From Bacteriovoracia bacterium (GTDB lineage: Bacteria; Bdellovibrionota; UBA1018; JBFWNL01): a stretch of DNA of 64,000 nucleotides. The translations under genes and the position numbers were made by a program. Under the pieces are notes generated by a model, which searched no databases, was not told the DNA's origin, and was given only the letters and a program-made list of their open reading frames with translations. Each line of letters starts with the position of its first letter. The stretch's first letter is position 1. Positions 28,196-35,900 of the stretch are shown here, piece after piece. The stretch spans positions 64,001-128,000 of the forward strand of contig JBFWNL010000003.1 in assembly GCA_050251055.1 (NCBI GenBank), read 5' to 3'.

Positions 28196-28543
28196 GGACT
28201 CGCCTTCCGCTCTCGGCGCTACCCGCGCCTCGGCTGCAGGCCGGGCTCAGGGCCCACCCGCAAGCGGGTACCCGGGCCCTTCCGCCTTTCTTGTCCCGTC
28301 TTCAGGTACGAAACGCTAGCGCGTTTCATTCATTATAAACCCGCCACTTTTTAATAACCGCTCGAGTAATTTCGGACCCAGTTTAACTTTCAGGAAAATA
28401 TATCCCCGAGGGGGATAACACGCGTCAGGAAGACGCGCGCGCAGCGGCGTGAAAGGGCAGGAGCCCGACCCCCTCGGGGATATATTTTCCTGAAAGTTAA
28501 ACTGGGTTGGGAAAACTTGGTGCGGTTATTAAAAAGTGGCGGG
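28196..28543. repeat. Structured repeat copy 2 (~348 bp; nested 22-bp and 39-bp stems), overlapping the tRNA 3' end
   Basis: Arms 28340-28361/28522-28543 and 28376-28414/28469-28507 are both perfect inverted repeats. Confidence 0.92.
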
Positions 28544-28613
28544 AGAGACGGGACTCGAACCCGCGACCTTCGCCGTGACAGGGCGACGTTGTAACCAACT
28601 CAACTACTCCCCC
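28537..28613 (-). tRNA. tRNA-Asp (GTC) with encoded CCA
   Basis: Reverse complement GGGGGAGTAGTTGAGTTGGTTACAACGTCGCCCTGTCACGGCGAAGGTCGCGGGTTCGAGTCCCGTCTCTCCCGCCA: cloverleaf, anticodon loop CTGTCAC, TTCGA T-loop. Confidence 0.97.
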
Positions 28614-28875
28614 GGTAAAATGAAGTAGAATTCTCTGTGGTTAGATCCCTATGGCTATTCTCGTTGCTCCGCAAAGTCAACCGGCCAGTGAGCCCGCGCC
28701 TCACAAATCCAGCGCCGCTTCGGGAAATCCCTCTCCTTCCACCCTGCCTAGGCACACCGGTAACATTTTGATATCACTCTATTTTTTCGGCTCTACCCGT
28801 CCCAAAGACTTTGACAGGCGAAACCTTTTCTGAGAATGGATCGCCACCGTTTCATTTTCCAGAGGGGGAAAATTT

Positions 28876-30237
28876 ATGCGCGCTTGGCGAATTCTCGCGG
28901 CGACTTTTTGCACGCTCACGATCCATCTGTCCGCTTACCCGGCCTACGGGAACCCACCCATCGACTTTTCGAATCGAGCCGCGGTGGCGCAATGGCTGGA
29001 CCTGGGTATCGAACAAGGACAGTATCGCGGCGTCGGCTCCACGCTTGAGAATTCAGTCGCGATCGCGGTCCACCAAAAAATCCTATCCGGAGAATCGCCT
29101 TGGAAAGTGGAGGCCGTCGTGAACTACCATCCCATCACGGGCGAAGCCTGGCCGGTGACGGTAAAGGACGTACAAATCTCCCAGTCGCCAGAAACGTTCC
29201 AGAAGGTGGCGGTCAGCGCGACGCTTTTCCTGAGCAAAAAAAGTGACCCCAAAGCACGCCTGGTCGCCGGCGTGAGCGCCGAACGATTTAGCGTCCAGTA
29301 CAATAGCGGCATCGAGGGGCGCAAGGCCGACGCGATCGAGCTCGAAAAATACGTACAGGAAGAAATCACCACGCGATCTCTCTACCGCCGCCGCGCGGTC
29401 GAAATGAAGGAAACCGGCACCATCGGCTTCGTGCCCGGGATCCGCAGTTACAACTACAATTGGGATTCCATTATTCTAGAAAGTGGGCTGAAGCAAAAGC
29501 TCCGCTCCACCGTGGAAGATTTCATTAACCATTACGACTACGCCCGCTGGAAGGAACTGGGCCTGCCCATGAACCGAGGCATCCTGCTCGACGGCCCGCC
29601 CGGCACGGGCAAGAGCATGGTCGCGAAAGTCATCCTCTCGAACGTCGTACAGAAGGTGTACAAAAAGGAAGTCACCTATATTTACGTGGTCGCCCGGCAC
29701 ATCATCAATAAGGAAGCCGTGAAGAACATCTTCGCGGCGGCCCGCCTGCTGAATCCAGCCGTAGTTTTTATCGAGGACATCGACCTCATCGCCGGCACCG
29801 ACCGCAAGGACCGCATGGACGTAAAGAACGAGCTCATGCAGCAGTTAAGCGGCATCCAGGAACTCAACGGCGTGCTCACGATCGGCACCACCAACGTCGG
29901 CGCGCGCATCGACGACGCGCTTAAGCGGTCGAAACGCCTAGGTTTTCAATTCACGATCGGCGCGCCCGCCATGGCCGAGCGCGTGGCCTTGTTCACGGTA
30001 TTCACGAACAAGCTCGCGCACGAAGACTTGGATTTCCGGGCCTACGGCGATCAAAGCGAAGGCATGACCGGGGCGGACATCCAGGAGCTGATCGACGTAG
30101 CCACCGAACGGGCCATGCGTCAGGGATCTTTTAAGGATCCCGGCCAAGGAGATGGCAAGCGTCGCGTATTACTGAAGGACGAGCACCTGCGGTACGCATT
30201 CGCGCTCCGTAAAACCACGCGCATTCCTGGAAAGTAA
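28876..30237 (+). CDS. AAA+ ATPase with N-terminal signal-peptide-like segment
   Basis: Walker A GPPGTGKS, Walker B VFIEDID, sensor-1 TTN, DALKRSKRL, GMTGADI; N-terminus MRAWRILAATFCTLTIHLSAYPAYG. Confidence 0.9.
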   Translation: MRAWRILAATFCTLTIHLSAYPAYGNPPIDFSNRAAVAQWLDLGIEQGQYRGVGSTLENSVAIAVHQKILSGESPWKVEAVVNYHPITGEAWPVTVKDVQISQSPETFQKVAVSATLFLSKKSDPKARLVAGVSAERFSVQYNSGIEGRKADAIELEKYVQEEITTRSLYRRRAVEMKETGTIGFVPGIRSYNYNWDSIILESGLKQKLRSTVEDFINHYDYARWKELGLPMNRGILLDGPPGTGKSMVAKVILSNVVQKVYKKEVTYIYVVARHIINKEAVKNIFAAARLLNPAVVFIEDIDLIAGTDRKDRMDVKNELMQQLSGIQELNGVLTIGTTNVGARIDDALKRSKRLGFQFTIGAPAMAERVALFTVFTNKLAHEDLDFRAYGDQSEGMTGADIQELIDVATERAMRQGSFKDPGQGDGKRRVLLKDEHLRYAFALRKTTRIPGK

Positions 30238-30249
30238 GGGGCAAAGCAT

Positions 30250-31731
30250 ATGAAAAAGTATTTGATGACCATCCTACTCACGTGCCTAGCCGTCACCTTC
30301 ACCTCCACGGCCACCGAAGATGACCCACTCTTCCGCCAGCTTTCGCCGGCGCTGAAGTATTGGCTCCAGGAAAACCCGCTCATCCCCACCGAGATGACGC
30401 TGGATATGTCCTTCCAAAACTATAAGCAGCTGCATGCCTTCGCGCTCGACCGCATCCTCAGCCGCGACGGTTCCGATTGGAAGATCTACAAGGTGAAAAA
30501 CTACGATTCCATGGGGAACGAGTCCCCCGTGGGTTACGCCGAGCTGCCCGTGAATTCCAAAGGCGAAAACCGCGAGATCCTAACGGACGGCTACTACTTC
30601 GCCTATAAGGGCGATCCGAAGACCGGCCCCCGGATCGTGGTGCAACCCACGCAGCGTTACGAATACTACGTTTCGGACCAATACTTCATGATGAAGGACG
30701 CGGTCGAGATTTACTATGCCAAGCGATGGGAAACCGAGGCCCGCGAGTTCAAGGCGCTCCTGGCCCGCGAGCTGAACGAGCGCAATCTCTTCCGCAATTC
30801 CGTGCTGGAGTTCACCACGAGCGACGCCAGCCCGAACTTCAAATCGTTCGCGCTCACTTTCATGGATCACGTGGAGGACATGAAGATCGATTGGAAAGAC
30901 CTCATACTGCCCAAAGACTTCCACCAGATGCTGTACGAGAACACCGAGGGTTTTCTTCAGCTCAACGCTCAATACCGGGAGCACGGCCTGAAGCAGAAAA
31001 AAGGCCTGCTGCTGTACGGTCCTCCGGGCAACGGCAAGAGCCTGGTCGCGCAGACGCTGATCTCGTCGATGTACCAAGGCAAGCTCAAGGACCAAGTAAC
31101 GATGATCGTGGTCACCGCGCGGCATCTTTCGTTCCGCCACGCCGTCAAGGCGCTCTTTGAAGAAGCCGCTCGCCTAGCTCCTTGCGTGATCTTCATGGAG
31201 GACATCGATCTATTGGGTATCAAATCGCGGGATGGCCAGGCAGATAACTCCGCCAAGCAAGCCGAAGTGCTCAACGAGTTCTTGAACGCGATGGATGGCG
31301 TGGTCGACACGAGTGGCCTGCTCATGATCGGCACTACCAACAAAGTCGACGCCATGGATAGCGCGTTGACCCGTTCGGCCCGCTTGGGCATGCACCTCTA
31401 CTTCGAAAACCCCCGCTACCCGGAGCGCAAGGAGTTTTTCCTACGCCTGGGCACGAAGAAAGCCGTGTGGGCGGAGGATGTGACCGCCGAATGGCTGGCG
31501 GGTGAAACCGAAAACCTCGGCGGCGCCGATATCGTGGAGATTATCTCCATCGCCAAGCAAAACGCGTTGCTTGCGGGCTCCTACGCGGGCGAGAAGCTCC
31601 TGCTCACGAAGGCGTTCTTCGCCGATGCGATCGCGCAGATTCGCCGGGATCACGGCCGCCGGGACGATGACCGCGAAGATCTGCTTCCCGAAGCGCTCCG
31701 CAACCTCCACACCCTGGAGGCGACCTTCTAA
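30250..31731 (+). CDS. AAA+ ATPase paralog with N-terminal signal-peptide-like segment
   Basis: GPPGNGKS, IFMEDID, TTN, DSALTRSARL, LGGADI; N-terminus MKKYLMTILLTCLAVTFTSTA. Confidence 0.9.
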   Translation: MKKYLMTILLTCLAVTFTSTATEDDPLFRQLSPALKYWLQENPLIPTEMTLDMSFQNYKQLHAFALDRILSRDGSDWKIYKVKNYDSMGNESPVGYAELPVNSKGENREILTDGYYFAYKGDPKTGPRIVVQPTQRYEYYVSDQYFMMKDAVEIYYAKRWETEAREFKALLARELNERNLFRNSVLEFTTSDASPNFKSFALTFMDHVEDMKIDWKDLILPKDFHQMLYENTEGFLQLNAQYREHGLKQKKGLLLYGPPGNGKSLVAQTLISSMYQGKLKDQVTMIVVTARHLSFRHAVKALFEEAARLAPCVIFMEDIDLLGIKSRDGQADNSAKQAEVLNEFLNAMDGVVDTSGLLMIGTTNKVDAMDSALTRSARLGMHLYFENPRYPERKEFFLRLGTKKAVWAEDVTAEWLAGETENLGGADIVEIISIAKQNALLAGSYAGEKLLLTKAFFADAIAQIRRDHGRRDDDREDLLPEALRNLHTLEATF

Positions 31732-32370
31732 GTGTCTTCCGGCACCGAATCCTCCCGCAAATCCTGGCAGATGTGGCTCCCCTCCACGGTCGATTGGAGC
31801 CGCGGAGCCTTTTTTAGCTGGGCGCGCACGGGCTGGCAGTATCGGCGAAGAATCCTGCTCTACACCGCGGTCAACGTGCTCCTTACCGTCGGCAACGAGG
31901 CGATTTCACGCACGATCGCCGTGAGCCTCTGGCACGAACCCGAAAGCTACGGATTCTGGATCCCGCGTGTAGACGGCGGGCACTCGCTGAACCGGCAGTC
32001 GGCGATCAACATCTGGATGACTTTTTTCGCCTCCACCGTCGGCGGGCCGATTTTCTTTTTCCAAAACGTGCGCTCGCGCTACCTGGCTTTCTTGCTTTTC
32101 GGCGCGTGCAACACCTTCGTCAGTCAGGTCATGGTGTATTGCACCTTGGGCGCGGGCTTCGCGGGCATGAGCATGGTCGATCCACTCCGGCTCCTGTTTG
32201 ACGTAGCCTATATGGGAAGCGTGAAATACGGGATGTTCGAGCTGTTTCGCCGTCCCATCTTAAAATCCCGCAACAACGCCGCCCGCATCGGAATTTTCCG
32301 GATCGGGCAGGATTTCCTCAGCACCTTCCTGCGGGTTTCGATGCTAAATCTGTTCGGCTTCAAGGGATAG
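31732..32370 (+). CDS. Hypothetical multi-pass membrane protein
   Basis: Starts immediately after the ATPase stop; several hydrophobic segments. Confidence 0.65.
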   Translation: MSSGTESSRKSWQMWLPSTVDWSRGAFFSWARTGWQYRRRILLYTAVNVLLTVGNEAISRTIAVSLWHEPESYGFWIPRVDGGHSLNRQSAINIWMTFFASTVGGPIFFFQNVRSRYLAFLLFGACNTFVSQVMVYCTLGAGFAGMSMVDPLRLLFDVAYMGSVKYGMFELFRRPILKSRNNAARIGIFRIGQDFLSTFLRVSMLNLFGFKG

Positions 32371-32378
32371 GCGCCGTT

Positions 32379-32948
32379 TCAGCGAAGCATCTCGATTTCT
32401 TTTAGATCGTTGATCCGGAAGGCGCTATAGCTACCCGAGCGATGAATATTCCCGACCGCGCTTAAGTGAAAACTGGATTGGTCCATCGCTCCGCTTGTTC
32501 CCAACGAGCCATTGTTGAGATGACTCCCGTCCGGGATCTGCGGACTGAGCGCACCGTTGATGAACGCATTGGCCTGCACCATGATCTGGCCCGTGCAGTC
32601 GGGGCCTCCGGTCACCGGCCAAGCCATGCAGGAAACCGCGCCGGGCCAGCAGTTGGAGGACGCGAGCGAAGTGGAACGGTAGCCGATCGTGTAGTAGCGG
32701 CGCGTGCCTTCCATGCCGTAACCGATGTTATTGAGACAGGCGCTATAGGTCCCCGCCTCCATCCAGAAGGTCTTCTCGACGGTATAAATCGCCGAAAGCG
32801 CAATCTTGGCTTCTACCTGCCGCGCGCGCGAAGCCGACCGATCGAAGTTCGCTTTCGCCAACGTGGTCAAAAGCCCCAAGATCCCCACCACGATCATCAG
32901 CTCAATGAGCGTGAAGCCGCTATTTTTATTGCCGCCCCCGAACATCAT
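32379..32948 (-). CDS. Type IV pilin (PilA/PilE-like)
   Basis: NSG/FTLIELMIVVGILGLL, RARQVEAKIALSAIYTVEKTF and RRYYTIGY; Cys pairs. Confidence 0.88.
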   Translation of the reverse strand: MMFGGGNKNSGFTLIELMIVVGILGLLTTLAKANFDRSASRARQVEAKIALSAIYTVEKTFWMEAGTYSACLNNIGYGMEGTRRYYTIGYRSTSLASSNCWPGAVSCMAWPVTGGPDCTGQIMVQANAFINGALSPQIPDGSHLNNGSLGTSGAMDQSSFHLSAVGNIHRSGSYSAFRINDLKEIEMLR

Positions 32949-32955
32949 TCACCCC

Positions 32956-35900
32956 TTACCGCAGCGTGGGGAAGCCGCCATTGTCCCCGTTCTGCGGCAT
33001 TTGCCAAAAGCCCGAGCTTGCGAAATCCCAGCCCGCGTAGGTTCCCTGCGTCTGCAGCTGGATGTCCGACCGACCGGCCGCGAAAACCTGGTAGCCCGAA
33101 TTTCCGCCGATGCCCGCGACCGTCAAAGTCGTGAGACCACCCGAAGCGTTGCTGGGTACCTGGATCGTCGTATTCGCGCTCGCATTCCAGTAGACCGGCA
33201 ACGAGGATTCGCCGAAAGGCGAGATACCGCCATTCGTCCATACGTAGAGCTGGCCGATCAAGGCGCCCAAGCGGTAAGCCTGTCCCGACACGTAACCACC
33301 GGCATAGGTCACCCGGCCCGTGGCGTACGCATCCGAAAGCGTGCTTTGGTCAATCAAGTCATCCGACGAAGCCGACGTGTACATCCGCCCGATCAAGCCG
33401 CCCGCCGCGGCTTCCAAACCGCCCATCACGTCGCGGCCACCGGCCGTCAAGCTGACCGCGCCGCGGGCGTAGACGTGACGAACACTGGACCAAACCACCG
33501 CCCCCAAAGCGCCACCCGTGGCGAAGCGGGATCCGGTCACGGTACCGCTCGCGGATACCGACTCGATCCGGGATTGCTTCAACACCATCGAGTCGGTCTG
33601 GCTCAGACGGGCCGCCACGTTGCCGATCGCGCCGCCAATGCCGACAAACGGATATCCGCCATGGTCGACGACCGCGCCCGAAGCGCAGTTTCCGCCCTCC
33701 ACCGCGCCCGAAGCCGAGGAGCGGGTAACGATCGAGCCCTCTACGCTACCCACCAAGCCGCCCACGCCGCCGCATCCACGGACCAAGCCGCTCGCCGAAC
33801 TATTCGTGATGCGTGCCGATGGAAAGGCCGCCTCCGCATAGTAAGTGAAAAGCCGGCCGACCAAGCCGCCGGCGTTGATCGTGCTGCCGTTGACTTCCGC
33901 GGTGGAAACGCCGTTCGTGATCTCCGCACCCGCGTAGTCGCCGATCAAGCCGCCGACGTTTTCCACGCCCGTGACGATGCCGCCGGCCGAAGTATTCTGG
34001 ATCAAGCCGCCCGAAGTGCCGATCAAGCCGCCGACACCTTCGAAGTCATAGGTCGACTCCACGATCGGAGGATTTGCCGCCGATAATACGAGCGCCGAAC
34101 CGGTCACGCGCGCCTGCGCGCTGCTGTCGCTGATGTTCGACTGGTTATTGCCGATCAGCCCGCCAACCCACTTCTTGCCTTTCACTTCACCCAAAACGCC
34201 CGCCTGGGGTTGCGTGAAGTGCGCGTCGGCCACCTGCGCCCAGGAGCCATTGAAGCCGATTACGCCGCCGACGTTGAAGCTACCCGGGCCGCCATCGACG
34301 AGCTCGGTCGCCACGGAAGCGCCGGTGATCGGGTTTTTGTAGTTCGAACCAATGAGGCCGCCGACCGCGCCGGCGCCCGTGCCTTCCGCAGTCACCCGGG
34401 CACGCGAAGAAACATCTTGGGTCATGCCCGCGGGCTCGGCGTAGGAGCCCGACGAGCGTTTCACGCCGATGAGGCCGCCCACGGAAAGGGTCGCCGTAAC
34501 TTGCGCTCCCTGCTCGTTCAAGCGCGGTACCCCCCGCACCTGCCCACTTTCAACGTGAAGATTCGTGAAATGCACCGAAGCCACGACATCGCCCGCGACC
34601 GTGCCCACGTTTCGTTGGCCCGTGACGTTCACGTTCACGAAGCGCAGATTGCGCACGTAAGCAAAAGTTCCGGGATCGCAGCCCCCGAGCATCGAGCCGA
34701 AGAAGCCCGCGCCGTCCCGAAGCGGGCGGTTGATCGTAAGATTGGAGATTACGTGGCCGTTGCCTTCGATGTTCCCGCGGAAAGGCGCCGCCGGCGTCCC
34801 GATGGGTTCGAAGTCGATGCCGGAGAAATCAAGATCCGCGCAGATCTCGAAGGTCCCGAGAAGATTGGCGCGGATGCGGCTCACGTCAGCCGGCGTAGAG
34901 ATGCGGTTTGCGAGCGGCCCCGTGCAAGGCGTCGATCCGCCATCGCCGCTGACCACCGCGCGGGCCGCGATCACTACCGGCGCCGCCGTATAGACCGTGC
35001 CCCCTACCGCGTAGGAATAAGCGATCTGATAGCTGCCGTCGAAGGTACCCACGGAAGCGGCGTTGTAGCTAGCTGCAACTTGGCAAGCCTGGGACTCGCC
35101 GAGCGCCGCGCACGCCGATCCGTTCGCGCTGAAGCCCGCGGGGGTCCCGACAATAGCGAGCGCCTGGGCCGGTACGTTGCCGGAGTTCACCAGACCAAAG
35201 CCGGCGGAAAGCACGCCGCCCACCGAACCTTGAAAATCCACCAATCCGGCCGGGCTTTGCGCTAAGAGCGCGCCGGCGAAACGGATGCTGAGGTTTACGA
35301 CCTTGCTCGCGTTCGCCAAGGTCACGGCGTCGCGATAGGCGACGGCGAGGGCGCGGCCGGAGTACTGGGCCGGCACCGGGTTCGCGTAGCCCACGATCAC
35401 CGTGCAGGTCTGTAAGTAAGCGATCACGCCTTGGCAGGTGCTCGAGCGGATCGAGAACGGGATGGGCACCGTCACGCCCTGGATCTCGGCCGAGTGACCA
35501 CCCACGTTCATGTAATTGAAGCTTACCGAGCGATCAGCCGTGTCCTGATAAGGCACGTCACCCACGTCATGGCTGGAGGCGTCCGTCGGGATCAGCACGA
35601 GCTGGGCGGCCGTGTCGGGCGGGGTGCCGACCCCGCGAAGCTGGGCCATAGCGACCTGGCCATTTCCCCCCGAAGCCTTGGGGCTCAGCCGGTCGTAAGC
35701 CACTTCCACCGAGTACCGATTCGGATCCGCGACCGAGTCGCCGAAAATGCCCGCGTCTTGGCGAGGCGGCATCGAAGCCGAGTAAACGACGGTTAAGCTG
35801 CCGTTCGACGGCCCGATGGAGGCGGGCCGAAATCGCACGCGCTGCTCACAGCTCGCGCCCGCGGCGATCGCCGTGGTGCAGCTCCCGCCCACTCCGGAGT

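Noticed and set aside
27217-28543. CRISPR array or canonical integron attC interpretation of the repeats
   Set aside because: Only two units of ~347 bp, no short repeat-spacer periodicity, no cas or intI gene, and no clear RYYYAAC/GTTRRRY ends bounding the hairpins.
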